A DNA stretch of 64,000 bases from Marsupella aquatica (GCA_973895155.1 OZ316891.1:17916095-17980094), one strand, 5' to 3'; numbered from the stretch's first letter, positions 1-12,773 are shown. A program made the numbers and translations. Notes: generated by a model not told the origin, from the letters alone.

Positions 1-420
1 AAAAGTAAACCCATAGGCTAAACCAAAATTCACAATGCGAGAGGCCTTAGGCCTAAAAAAGTTAAACTACTTTGAAAACAACTCAAATTCACATTTGTGA
101 AGCTAATGCGTTCACAAAATGCGAAGCCCTAATTTTTGCGAAGGCATTGCGATGGCTTTTGCGATGCGCGTACCTTCGCAACAGCATCAGAAAATCCAAA
201 AAGAAAAAAGTGCATAATAGAGTTTGCGAGGCTCTTGCGAACAAATGCGCATCGCAATGGGATCGCAAACTGTGATCCCGAGAGGTTTTTAAAAATGCAC
301 AAATTTCTAAGTGTCAGTCGTGACCTAAAACAATGCACAAGCAAGCACATGAGAGCATGGACATTCATGACATTCCATTCACTTGCATTACCTCAACTGA
401 GAAAGTAAGGAGGAAAGAGC

Positions 421-1342
421 TTAGGGAGGAGAGGAGACACTCACAAAGTGGGCCTTGAGACCGGGGAGACCGCCTTGACCCAGCTTGTGGACTGGATTGG
501 GGGTGGCTTTCACTCGCTTGGCTGCATCCATGAAACGTTTGGGTGGTCTTCCTTCTTCGTCGACCACCTTTTGCACATCAGCTACCTTCTGCTCGAGTCC
601 CTTCAGGTCATGGTCAAGGGGGAGCTTCCCGGTCTCCTTTGCTTTCAGGGATCGAGCTAGTGTATCCTTCCATTGTTCCAACTCGCGAGCTGCTTTGATT
701 TGCACCTCAATCTTGTAAAATGCATTCCAGATGTCCTCAGTGAATTGGAGGGGCCTGCGCAAATTCCTGTACGATATCAAGTCTCTCAGGTGGGCTCTAA
801 TCTTCATCCTATCATGGTATCTCATTTGAGACATGGAATTAGAAATCTTGTCTGCCAGCCATTGCTCATCTATGTCAGCTCCATTACGAAATGCATCCTT
901 GATCTGATTCATCACTCTCTTTCGCTCTGCCTTCTCAACCTTTCCCCATTGCATGCCTCGTGAGAAATTGCTTGTGATGATCTGTTTGATGGTGCTCTTA
1001 GCCCCTGCATAGGCTAGCTCAGTTGGAGTCCCAGTTGTCTCCAAGGCAATGAATGGAAGCTTTTTCCTTGCATCCTTTTTGACGTTGCTCATCTCGTTGT
1101 TTTCGAATTGCATCCCTCTCCTCTCTTCTCTTCTGTTTTTCTGTGGCTTGAGGAGAGGCAACTCCCGACTTAGCCCTCTCCTCCCTCTTCCTTCTTTTCT
1201 CTCTAGCCTTCTCCTCAGCTGCGACCCTCTCTTCCTCGTCTCTAGTAGCTTGCCCTGCCACAATTCCTGTTTGCAAAACCTGGCCTAAAATGGCACTCAA
1301 GGAGGCAAGCCCTGCTGGAGTATTCAAATTTACTTCACCCAA
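421..1342 (-). pseudogene. TnpA/Ptta-like CACTA accessory protein exon (frameshifted; probably continues toward the window start)
   Basis: RPLQFTEDIWNAFY...VHKLGQGGLPGLKAHF resembles the Transposase_24 P..W..F...H..G..G pattern and is followed by a GTGAGT donor. The N-terminal part is in another frame (ORF 1019-1342). Confidence 0.55.
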
Positions 1343-2029
1343 CTGTGCAGCACTGAGATGTTGGGCTACTAAGTCGCTCCATGCATATGTTGCTTCTCCT
1401 GATTTGCCCCATTGCCACTACCACCAGCACCATGTCCTCCACTCCCACCGTGCTCTCCACTCCCACCGGTAGCCATAGCTCAATCCCTCTCAGGTCTCTC
1501 TCAATCTTCTCCCCGCGGCCCCTTCTCCTCTCGCTCTCCCGATCAAACAAGGAATGAGCTTGATGCGAGCTCCCGCCGACACTTACGCATTTCAAAAAAA
1601 CCTCTTTGCGATCACATTCGCATCACAAACTGCCACCCTATTACCTTCACAAATGGTCTCGCAACTTGCGATACTTTTGTGAAGAACATACCCTCGCTAA
1701 TCCATCGCAACCCGCAGAAACGCCCAAAAATTGTTCTCGGCCTCTGTATTTGCGAAGATGTTGCGAACCCGGGAGGTTCGCAAAATGCATCTCTAATTTG
1801 TGAAGCAATTTGTGAGGCAGGTGATCTCGGTTTAGGGTGGGAAACTATCCCAGGTGTTTAAACGGCTTTACAAGGGTATGGCCTATTTAAACCCTTTTAA
1901 CTCAACATGGATTTGTGAATGGCCAATTAGTTTGAAGAAGAGGATTTTAGGTTGTAGTTGGGCTTTGTGTTTTTGTTTTTGAATCTTAATTGGGTTCTAA
2001 TTTAACAAAGGGTTTGAGTTTTAATTTGG

Positions 2030-2790
2030 GGTTTGGATTTAGAAAGGGTTTAGTTTAGGGAGGGTTGTGTTTCAATTGAAGGGGTTAATTTGGGTTTAGG
2101 TTTTAATGTAAGGGTTGGGTTTGACTTTTCACTGATTTCATATTTTTTGCTCTATACATATTTCAGTTTAGGGACATGGTTTTAATAGAGGGCTTTAAGT
2201 TAGGGTCTAAGGTAGGGGTTTGGGTAAGGTTGTAATTGAGAAGTTTGGGTTAGGGTTTAGGGTAGGGGCTTGATTTTGGTTTAAGTTTAGGGGTTTGGGT
2301 TAGGTTTAGGGTAGGGGCTTGATTTTGGTTTAAGTTTAGGGGTTTGGGTTAGGTTTTAAGTATAGGGGTTGGGTTCCATTTTAATTCTAAGTTGTGTTTC
2401 ATTTTTAATGTGGGGTTTGGGTTAGGATTTTTGGGTAAGGGTTTGATACATAATGAGGGAATATGGATAGGTAACTTAGGAGGGAGTTTGAGTTAGGGTT
2501 TAAGGTAGGGGTTTGAGTAAGGTTTTAGCTGAGGGGTTTGGGTTAGGTATTGAATATAGGGGATCGATGGGTTCAATTATAATTCAGGCTTGTGTTTAAT
2601 TTTTAATTTAGGGATTTGGGTTAGGGTTTAGGGTAAAGGCTTCATAGGTAATGAGGGAGTTTGAGTTAGGTTTTAGCTGAGGGATTTGGGTTAGGGTTTG
2701 AATGTAGCAGTTGGGTTTTTAGCGTAGGGGTTTTGGTTAGCTAGGGCTTTGGGTAAGGGTTTTATATGTTCATGTTTAGGGTAGGTTTTT
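2030..2790 (+). repeat. Degenerate telomere-like (TTAGGG/TTTAGGG) array inside the CACTA element
   Basis: Many GGGTTAGGGTTTAGGG-like units, including a ~50-bp tandem duplication at ~2245-2355. Confidence 0.75.
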
Positions 2791-3225
2791 TTTCTAATTG
2801 AGGGTATGCTTTCTTTATTTCATTAACATGAAGGGGTGGAACACTCTAGGAGTTACAGGGCACTTCCCCATCGTTTTGAGAGTTTTGGCTAATGCATATG
2901 CATTGCAAGAGCTTGGGCATCTGAAAGGTAAAGCTTGTTTTCCTGGCATTTTTTATTTGTACTGTAACTTGAGGGTCTATCATCCCTTTCTATAGTTTAC
3001 CATAAGTCATTGCTTAATTCATTGTATATTTGCAGATTTCTCCCTCCTACTTCCAGATTGGGTTCATCAAGTTTGGACCAAAAGACCTATAGGCATTGCT
3101 GAGCCCGGGTCTCATAAAGGTATTTTTTCCTTTCATTTCAGTTTAATATGTCTACTTAGGGATTACAAATGATCGTTTTAGCTATTTGTTTACTAACTCG
3201 CTATTCCAAATCTTCCACTTGCCAG

Positions 3226-4378
3226 ATGTCTTCATCCTCTACAACTTCCACCACATCAGACTCCTCCTCTGATGAGGACATAGATCCTCCTCCTCAGCCT
3301 GAAACAGCCGCTCGTCGACCTAGTGGTCTACCACGCCAACTTTGCAGTTGTAAAAAATGTGTGGGGATGGTTGTCCAGAAGTCATATGTATGTGCAGACC
3401 ATATTTCTCGATATGGACAACATCGAGGTCTTACACCCGGAGCCTCTTCATCCCATACGGTGAGTTGTAAACTTACTATGGTTTATTTTTTATTCAATAA
3501 ATATTGCTAGCATGATAAGTTGGGGAAGTTTACAATCACTTTGTTGGATTTGTTCCCTATAGGTATCTAATAGGCCTACACCCACGGCACCAGCACCCTA
3601 TGTTCCCTCACAAGGAGTTCTAGATGCTATAGGCTCGGCCCTTTCACAAGCTTTCCGTTTGGTTGCAGCAGAGCGAAGTGGTGTTGGGACAGTTCAGGGT
3701 GATGGTATTGTTACACGAGGGAAAAAACGGTCTAAAAGGCAACCTAGAGGGGAAGTTGATCAGTACACCTATAGGGTTGATGGTAGGTGGGGACCTTGTA
3801 CATTCACAGGGAAATGTGTTCCTATCATAAAGGATTGGAATCCTGATTGCCTTGGTTTGCCATGTGATATAACCTATGGTGAGGAAATAGAGGTTTGGGG
3901 AAGACATTGGATTGTCAAAAGTTCTACACTAGGGGAGAGACATGGGTATGGAATTTTTTCTTGCCAGGACATCATTGTGGATGATATGGGTGGAAAAGGG
4001 CACTCTCAAGATGGACCAACGTTGTTCCCATATGGTGGACCCATTTACAAGCGAAGACATTGGAATATGCTCCTTGTACAACACCCTGAGTGGAAGACTT
4101 ATGCATTGGACATGGATACTTTTGATGGTTGCACTAGGAAGTATAGTGAACAACGTATAATTGATGGTGATCCCATCCGTAGTGGAAATATAGCCGGTTT
4201 CATTAACAGTACTATGGGGACCCAGCCTAAGCGTAGGAAAAACTGTGAATGGGTTTTTGTTGATGGTCCCCCTCCAGCATCATATGGGCAGAGATATCAT
4301 CATGACCATTGTCTAGTTGTAGCTACCAGGACCATCAAGGCCGGAGAGGAGTTGTTTACACATTATGAGTGGGATTAG
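3226..4378 (+). CDS. Zn-finger (transposase-associated-like) + SET-domain lysine methyltransferase; exons 3226-3459 and 3563-4378, ~349 aa
   Basis: Exon 1 encodes CSCKKC...CADHISRYG. The GTGAGT donor at 3460 and the AG acceptor at 3561-3562 are in phase 0. SET motifs: HGYGIF, IDG...GNIAGFINST, VATRTIKAGEELFTHY. Confidence 0.8.
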
Positions 4379-4574
4379 GCTTATTTTAGGGATATGTATT
4401 ATTTATATGTTCCTTCATGCTTTGTGAACATATATTTTGTAAGTTAGGGTTTACACCCTAAACCTATGATGTTCTTTCACATTGTATGTTAATAATATGT
4501 GTCGATATTGTTTTTGTCTTATGAGGGATTTAATTTGGAGTTTGATTGTGAATGCTTTATTGTATTGTCCATAG

Positions 4575-7500
4575 AATGTGCGACCTAGCCAAGATATGTT
4601 GCCAAGGAGGTTGAGAGCTACATATGAAGAAATGGGCATGCCACAAGACGAAGTCACATCATCAACAGATTCTTCATCCAATGACAGTGACAATGAGCAT
4701 TTGGACGAAGGGGCACCTAGGACAGATTTTGAGGTCATGCAGGACCAGGAGACAGCCATGGATGACTTCATGACAGATTGGTTTGGTGTGGACGCCCGTG
4801 TGGACGTTGATGGTGAAGGACGTGGACCACCCAATGAAGGAGCTCCTCCACCAAATGCTGCACATGACCCTCGACCTCAACATACACCAGAAGGTCAACA
4901 ACAATGGGAAGAAGCGGAGGCACATGCTAGAACACCTATTTATGGGGGTGCTCGTTTGAATAGACTCTCTGCCATCTTGGCATTGATGAATCTTCAGGCA
5001 AAACACAAGGCAAGCAATGCCCTTCTATCGGATTTGTTTGCAATTTGCCATGACCTCATGTTACCTAGTGACAATGTATTTCCAGGAACTTGGAAGGAGG
5101 CAAAGAGAGTTCTATCATCCATTGGTATGGAATATCATATCATTCATGCTTGTATGAATGACTGCATCCTATATCATGAGACCAATGCCAACATAACTGA
5201 GTGTCCAATTTGTCATGAGCCTCGATATGACAACAACATGTTGACGGAAAAGGTGCCCAGGAAAGCTGTCCGTTGGTTTCCCATTATTCCTCGATTGTTG
5301 CATATGTATCGATGTTCTGACTTGGCAGAATTGATGGTATGGCATAAGACACATCGATCAGAGGCCGGTGTCATGTGGTTGCCAGTTGACTCCCCTGCTC
5401 ACAAGCATGTGGAGGCACAATGACCAGAGTTTGCACATGACCCTCGTCATGTGAGGTTGGATTGGCATCGGATGGGGTCAGTCCACACTCCCTTGGTGGG
5501 AAAGGACGCCCAACATCAGTTTGGCCGGTGGTTGTTATGAATTACAATCTTCCACCATGGTTGTCCATGAAAAAGGGCTTCTTATTGCTTCATTGATTAT
5601 CCCAGGTCCATCTAAGGTAAAAAACATGGACACCTATTTGGCACTATTGGTTGGGGAACTCCAAAAATTATGGGACGGTGTGTGGGCCTATGATGGTCGA
5701 AAAACTACAGGGGGATTACCACGTGTCTTCAAATTGAAGGGAATCAATATGTGGACCATGCATGACTATCCTAGTAAGGGGTATGGATTGGTGTTTTTTT
5801 ATGTAATAGAGAGTTTGTTTTAAAAGAAGTCCCTCATATTTATGTATGTACATGAACTTTTTACATCCTTTGACTCTAATTGAGAAAGTTATTTTGGTTT
5901 GGGTTTGTTGCAGGGTTTGGGTTTGTTTCAGGGTTACAAACTCAAGGGTATAAGGCATGCTCCACTTGTGGTCCAAGCCTTGAAGATATGGCCAAGTACT
6001 CAAGATGGCTTCGCAAGATAATCTACCTTGGGCATACCAAGTTTCTTCCACTTGGACATGAGATGAGGTCTGACCCCCTTCTATTTTCAGACTTTGACAT
6101 GATCAATGGTGATGAGCGTGACATACCTAAGCGTACATCCTTTGCACATTGGAAATCCATAGCTGATAGGGTGGCAGACCCTAACGACCCCATGACATTT
6201 GATGGAAGTGGGTTGACGAGGTGGAGTATACTAGCAACATTGCCGTATTGGCCAGAGTTGAAGATTCATCATTTGTTAGACCCCATGCATATAGAGGGAA
6301 ACGTTGGGAAGGCTTTGATCAAGCATTTTTATGGAGAAAAGGACCATAATTTTAGGGAGGCATGCCAGGGTCTAGAACGACATCCAGATGTATGGATAAC
6401 AGTTGATGCATCAACAGGGATGGAACACCGTCCTTCAGCTCCTTGGGTTTTGAGTGTTGGTGAAAGAAGAGAGTTTCGACAACGCATAGGTCAGATGCGG
6501 TTTCCTACAGGCTATGGTGCCAATCTCCGGAAAGCTTTTGGGATGGAGGACAATCATAAGTGGCCAATGTATTTGAAGACACATGACTATCACCGTTTAC
6601 TACAACATATACTTCCTGTGGCAATCATAGGCTTGGGCAGTGAAGAAATGCAAGACGCCCTATGGTCATTGGGCACTTTGTTGAGATGGATATGCTCAAA
6701 GGAAATATATGAAGAAGAGATCCCACGGATGGAGGTATTGGCAGCAGAGGTAGTGTGCAAGTTAGAGAAGGCCCTCCCTCCTTCCTTCTTTGATTGTCAA
6801 GTACATTTACTTGTTCATCTTGTGAGGGAGGTTGCCATTGCTGGTCCAGTGCATTGTTGTTGGATGTATTGGTTGCAAGGTATATGGCTGTGTTAAAGGC
6901 TTATGTACGGAATCGTGCACGAGTGGAGGGGAGCATGGCAACAGGATACTTGGCAGCTGAGAGTATGTTCTATTGCAGCAACATCTTAGCCACCATTGAT
7001 CCTAGTTGTCCACACAGTTGGATGGAAGAGAGAGAAATGGAGGAGGATCGTTTAACAGGAGCCAAAAAAACACGCTTACTAACCGGAGTGGAGTTGACAC
7101 AGATGACTACTTTCATGTTGAGTAATAGTACTGTGATGGAAGAATGGAGAGAGTTTTATGAGGATGCAAAGAGGGAGAGTCGTCGTCCAAGGATTTTTCC
7201 AAAGTTCCTTGAGTATATGAGGGAGAAAGTACTTCAGTTGGATGCTATGGTGGCCCAAGGTGAGAGTGTATCACATTTTCCAGATATGACTCCTGAGGTT
7301 CGAACAATTGTTCATGGCCCTTTGAGACTTGTTCAGACCAGAACAACAATGTGGACACAAGGGAGACATTTCAGGATTTCTGACCTTGATGAGAAGAGGG
7401 GTAGAACTTTTGACTGTGGAGTTCAAGGGCAGTTCATGCAGGATTCACAAAGTAGCGGCCATGACACCAATGTCATCCGAGATGTGGTGCCTCACTATGG

Positions 7501-7861
7501 GAAGATAGAGGAGATCTTGATTGTATCCTATGATGCGGATACAAAATTTGAAGAGTATGTCTTCAAGTGTAAGTGGTTCAAAATTCACTTGGTTGGTGAG
7601 AATCGCACAGTACTTCTTGATGATTGTGGGTTTACTCGACTGAAGACATCGGCAACTAGCTTTCAACCATCTCATTGGCAAACATCTGAACCGTTTACAT
7701 TCCCAAGTCACCTTGAGCAGTGTTTCTATATTCCGTACCCACCAGACCCAGAGGAGTGGTCAGTTGTTATACCGTATGTGCCACAATCTCGTTCCATTAT
7801 CTCAGAAAAACCTGAAGTTATTATTGTGTCAAATGGAGGAGAGGATGAGGACCAAGTTTGA
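4575..7861 (+). pseudogene. CACTA TnpD/tnp2 transposase (Transposase_21, DUF4218 and DUF4216-like regions), disrupted
   Basis: IHACMNDCILY...CPICHEPRY, LASDG, YNLPPW, IIPGP, HDYP, LDPMHIEGN, LKTHDYH, PPSFFD..VHL.VHL, YVRNRARVEGSMA. TGA replaces Trp at 5421, with frameshifts at ~5460, ~5590 and ~6875. Intron 5774-5913. Confidence 0.92.
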
Positions 7862-7918
7862 TGCATCACTAGTAGTAAAACTTGTTGTGAGCGTATAATT
7901 GTGATTATATTAACTATC

Positions 7919-8060
7919 TGTTGTAACTCATACTTGAGTTAAGTCTACCTTTGGGATAACTACCTATGTAACTACCCTAACTACTTAGGCCGTAGCCACA
8001 TGTACATATTCTACCAAGAGTAAAGATGGAACCAACTCTTTGTCTCATTATCCTACAACA
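7919..8060 (+). repeat. 5' LTR (142 bp)
   Basis: TGTTGTAACTC...CCTACAACA; matches 22551-22693 except for one substitution and one indel near the 3' end. Confidence 0.95.
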
Positions 8061-8074
8061 CGTTATCAGCACGA
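8061..8074 (+). promoter_or_regulatory. Primer-binding site complementary to the anticodon arm of tRNA-Ile (half-tRNA primer)
   Basis: CGTTATCAGCACGA lies directly after the LTR. Its reverse complement TCGTGCTGATAACG matches the tRNA-Ile(AAT) anticodon arm, with wobble A read as G/I. Confidence 0.7.
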
Positions 8075-10765
8075 CTCTACGAGGCTGAGCGGAGCTAGGC
8101 CATGAAATTTTTTTAAGAAGAAGGGCGAATTGAACAACGAAAAGAAGAAGACATTGATAATCTCATAAGGATCAAAGCAGGATTAAGAAAGACCGAGTAA
8201 GGCAGATCCGGGAAAGAGGACCGAAGGCAACCATTCGACAACTGTGAGCACTTTCAGAAATAAAATTTTTAACAAGGACATTGACGAATCAATGAAAGAA
8301 GCGCAACATCGTTCGAAGACGATAAGGACAACCTCAGACTGGCTGAATTTTTATTTTTTTAGGCCATGACTGATTCACTCTAAGACCTGAAGAGGCCGAG
8401 CCATGACGGAGCTTTGTTAGAGGGGCAGAGAGAGGTATGAACGAATTTGGCGATGTATCGCTGGAAAAAGCTGAATGAACGAGAGAGAGATGGCGGAATT
8501 AAGGATTGTGATGTGATGGATAAAGAATTGCGTCATAGCGTGCACAAAATTTGCGGATGAGAGAGTCCTATAGTGATGCGAGGTGAGGTCATGTCAATCA
8601 AGGAAAAAGGGATTGTTATCTCTGAAGGCGGAAGCGGCTAGCTAAAGAAGCCGAAGAGTTTTCATCAGATTCTACTAATTCCCTATCTCCACATCGGCAT
8701 TCTTTTCATGTGCATCCATGTGCACAATGTGGGCCTGGCGATGGTGAACTGAACCTTCAAAGTTTTTCCCGCGTTCCGAGGATTATGAACCGAATGGATT
8801 GTTTTCACAAACGCAAGTGAACGCCCTGCTTGATCTGACCTAAAGGAATGACAAAATCATACGCACTGGCTGAGATTCAAAGCGTATTCCAATGAATTTC
8901 GAAGAAGGAAGAACGACAAAGGCGCTTTGATGAAAGAGAATTCTCCTTTTGAAATTGACCAGACGACCCAATCTTGAACAAGGGCCCTCACACAGAGCAA
9001 GACTTACCGACCGGGCCACCGACTACCTTGAAGTCCACCTGATTCAGAGACACACAAAACTAACTACAGAGAAGAAGGATCGGACCCAGATACAATTTGG
9101 CACACAATGATAAGGACAGGGGAGAAGGAGGCCCGAGTCATTCGAGTACGATACCGCATCCAGAACGATACAAGTGCTGTATCGATTTTGGCAATAAGGA
9201 TAACAAGGCAGTGACATCGACGGCATTTAGCATGAAATATCGAGGAGGCCCCAGAGATAAGAACCAGAATGTCACATCATAGGTAGAGAAGACGGCACAA
9301 TTCACGGGACACAAACAGACCACCACAGAGCGAAATAGTGATGCGATGTGGAGGCGTTGAAATTCGGAAATGAATATGAAGGAATGCAGCAAGAAGTGAC
9401 CAGAGGGAAGGAATGAAGGAAGGAACCATGCCACAATAAGCGAGTGAAGCAGAAGATTCAGAGGATTTCCCCTTGTCGAAGGAAGGATTGGGACCAATAA
9501 CAGAAGATAAGAGAGAGCGCAAACCGGAGAATTATACTGTCGACAACCATGACCAGGCGCAGATGGAGTGAAGGACGATAGATAGAGCAAAGGACCACAA
9601 AGAAAGAAGGCATACTTGACGTTTAGAGAGCACGAAGGGAATGCCTACAGCTGACGAACAAATCTCGCAACAAAGAACTTCAAAACTTTGAGAAAACATC
9701 GAGAACATACCGCTAAGTGCAAACCCTCCTTAATTGCAAAATCCGTCAAATAGATTTGCGTATACAAAGAACAATGTGCACTGAACCAGGGAAACACACA
9801 TACTAAGAACGGGGACAAAATGGCATTAAAATGAAAGATATCTATTGGGAATATTACCATATAAGAATTGCCATTCACAAATTAAGGGGGAGAATTGTTT
9901 TTCCCAACGTGCCTATTGCATTTAAAAGCTGCCTATGGCACTTAAAAGTTAAGCTCCGTGCCTACTACACATGGAAGCAAATGAGTGCCTACTGCACATG
10001 GAAGTAAATGACAAATTGAGGGGGAGACATCAAGTAAGACTTGACATCAAGCAATGTAACCCATGGGATGTGCCTATTGCACAAGTGCCTATTGCACAAG
10101 TGCCTTTCGCACCAACGAATACCTAAAAATGGAACTCTATTCCATGCATATGGCAAATCATGAAATCTAAGGAATTTTTATAAATGATTGAACATGGTGT
10201 TAACACAATCACTTACCAATACTTGATGAGGTATACTGGATATTAAAGTACCATATGATAATATGAGGTACAGTACTAGGTCATAAGGTACCATAAGGTG
10301 AGACATGGCATGGTAAGGCACCATAAGAGATGGTGCGCCATACCCCAATATGATAACCCTATGTTGTGGATATGGTACGTGATGTGGTGCAAATAGGTTA
10401 TACCCACACCAAATCTAGGGTTGGACACCCAATCCAATTCCAAGGCCATGGATTACACCATCTCATCTTCATTTTGTACTAATACTTTGCTTTGTCATGA
10501 ACACGATTTCGGACCGACCGAGAAGTGTGTCGGAGTTCTCGTTTAGCCCGATCCCGTTTTTTTTCTAAGGCAATGCAATGACCGATAAAACTGGCAAAAA
10601 CTCTCCGAAACGCCACTTTCCTCCATTGCATCGCCGCGGGAATGTAGGGAGCGATACGTGCATCGGGTTTTACATTCCGTCAGTGAAAAAGTCCGAACTG
10701 CGAGTAACTTGGTTCGAACCGCGTAATCCAGGAATGACCACGCACTAACCCAGGTAAAAGGGGAA

Positions 10766-10819
10766 CTTAACCATGGTTAAGGGGAAATTAACCATGGTTT
10801 AGAGCGTCTCCTATATAAA
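10766..10819 (+). promoter_or_regulatory. Putative cargo promoter: duplicated TTAACCATGGTT palindrome followed by a TATA box
   Basis: CTTAACCATGGTTAAG at 10766-10781, a second near-copy at 10788-10801, and TATATAAA at 10812-10819. Confidence 0.45.
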
Positions 10820-11414
10820 GAGGAGCGGGCTGCCCATAAAACGTTTTCTTTCGCCAGAGCAAATATCTCCTGACTGAGAGCGAATACCAAACTCCCATCA
10901 AGTCTTACATTCCTCCCAAGCGATTCGACTCTTTCTACCGAAAACCCGATAAATTTATCGGAACAGCCATTCCTGTTCAAGTTCTCCATGTAAGACTAAC
11001 TAGTCATTTAGTGTAAAATGTCCAGATCCGAGCGGACTGCGATAAATTTATCGCATTTTGCATTCCTCTGTTGCAATCATTTGATCCAGTGTGTTTAGAG
11101 AGGTGTTGCCTTCATTCCGTTAAATTTATCGGAGTCTCCATTCCTTTCATGGAAAGAGGAGTAATTGAGAATTCGATAAATTTATCGGAGTTGTCATTTT
11201 TGTGAAAGATTGAATTCAGGGCTTAGGTGTTTGAGGAAGTCATATTTTCAATTCGAATGCGGAGTGCGATAAACTTATCGCATCCTCCTGTGAGAATCAT
11301 TTTCCTTTGTTTTGTTTGGAGACTCATCTTCATCTCTGATGTTGCAGTGTTGCCGGGTTTAGGAGGCACAACGGAAGGTCGATTGCACTCCGTGGACAAC
11401 AGGTATTGTGACAA

Positions 11415-11744
11415 ATGGCTGTCTTCCTTGAAAATCGTGTCAAACGTGCACGCCGGTTGTACAAGAGACTCGTGCGACTCAAAGTTCTCCCCATCGGTAT
11501 AGGAGCATTGTGGATGGGTGGTACTGATCCTGGAGATAGGCAGAATCCTCTCCGCATTGAATTCTGCGGAATGAATGATGCAGGAGTTCCAATTTGTTCG
11601 AGGTTGATGTTAATGGCGTGTTTACATTCTTTGGAGTTTTCTTGTAACTATTGTTGTCGTCGTCTTGATAACAAGTACCACAAACAGGCTCACTTCTGTT
11701 GTAAGATTTGGAACGAAGACCCTTGGGTGAACCTTTCACGATGA
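11415..11744 (+). CDS. Transposon cargo ORF, basic and Cys/His-rich, function unknown
   Basis: ATG-initiated 109-aa ORF (RARRLYKRLVRL; CNYCC...H...HFCC). Confidence 0.4.
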   Translation: MAVFLENRVKRARRLYKRLVRLKVLPIGIGALWMGGTDPGDRQNPLRIEFCGMNDAGVPICSRLMLMACLHSLEFSCNYCCRRLDNKYHKQAHFCCKIWNEDPWVNLSR

Positions 11745-11932
11745 GTGTTTCGACCTTTTCATTGAGGCGCATCTTGGAAGGACATATTTAAATAAACAAG
11801 TCCTACCCTTGCGCAGCGAATATAATACGTCATGAGTCCTAATCGTTAAACTGTCGTGCAGGGTTGGTACTGTGTTTGGTTACACCTGGTGATTGAAGGT
11901 ATTTTTATTGGTGGTTTTGGTAGCTCTGCTTC

Positions 11933-12481
11933 ATGGCTGCATCGGAGAATCTAATCGTTGCAAAGATGGGATCCGTTTTAGCCCACGAGCGTAGGAAATA
12001 TATTCGAGGAAAAGTGCCCGGTGTGGAATGCGGAAGTTTTTTGAATGGACTTCCCGATGAACTCGTTGAATCTCACATTTGGCCCCTCCTAGCATTGTCT
12101 TGCACACAAGATGAAAACCTTGGCCTTGACCTAAAACTTCTACCAGAAGAACGACTAACTCGAATGAGAACAATCATTTGTCTTGGAGCCACCTCGAAGA
12201 AATGGAACCATCTTGTTGTTGGTACACGATTTTGGGCGCTATTGAAATATGCAGTCCGTGAGATCAATGACATAAACAAAATGCTCGCAAGCATTCCTAA
12301 TGCCGTCCTTCTCTCAAACCTACATATTGCTAGGGTCTTCCGAGAGGAAACTCATTTCCTCCCTCCCATAGATATGCTTGGGTGCTTCTCGTATGACCGA
12401 TTAGATGTGTTTCTTAGAGTTTGGGTGAATCTTGGAGAAAGCGGGAAGCGGACAATTCTTGCATGGCATGGACGAGTCTGA
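11933..12481 (+). CDS. Transposon cargo protein with an F-box-like motif
   Basis: FLNGLPDELVESHIWPLL...ICLGATSKKWNHLV...FW follows the F-box pattern LP.E....I...L....L..V.K.W..L. Confidence 0.6.
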   Translation: MAASENLIVAKMGSVLAHERRKYIRGKVPGVECGSFLNGLPDELVESHIWPLLALSCTQDENLGLDLKLLPEERLTRMRTIICLGATSKKWNHLVVGTRFWALLKYAVREINDINKMLASIPNAVLLSNLHIARVFREETHFLPPIDMLGCFSYDRLDVFLRVWVNLGESGKRTILAWHGRV

Positions 12482-12773
12482 GTGGATGAGGCATTGCAGC
12501 GAACATCCGATAAATTTATCGCACTCCTCATTCCTCTAGTCGATTTTGGGTGCTTGTAAAGAAACACTTTGAATATAATTGACTCTGCCTCCCCTGACTT
12601 CGGGTTGTGTGGTCCAGAGTGTATTTTTTTGCGCCTCTTCGGACGATTAGCTGACAAGTGCATTGGCTTCACAGCCCGTTATACAAGGTACTGTAAAGTT
12701 GGATGAAACTTGTAGAATTGTAATTAGTATGTTCTCCAAAATTTATTCCTGATTTCTATTCGGTGATCAGGCC

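Noticed and set aside
2030-2790. True telomere or chromosome end
   Set aside because: Highly degenerate and internal to a transposon.
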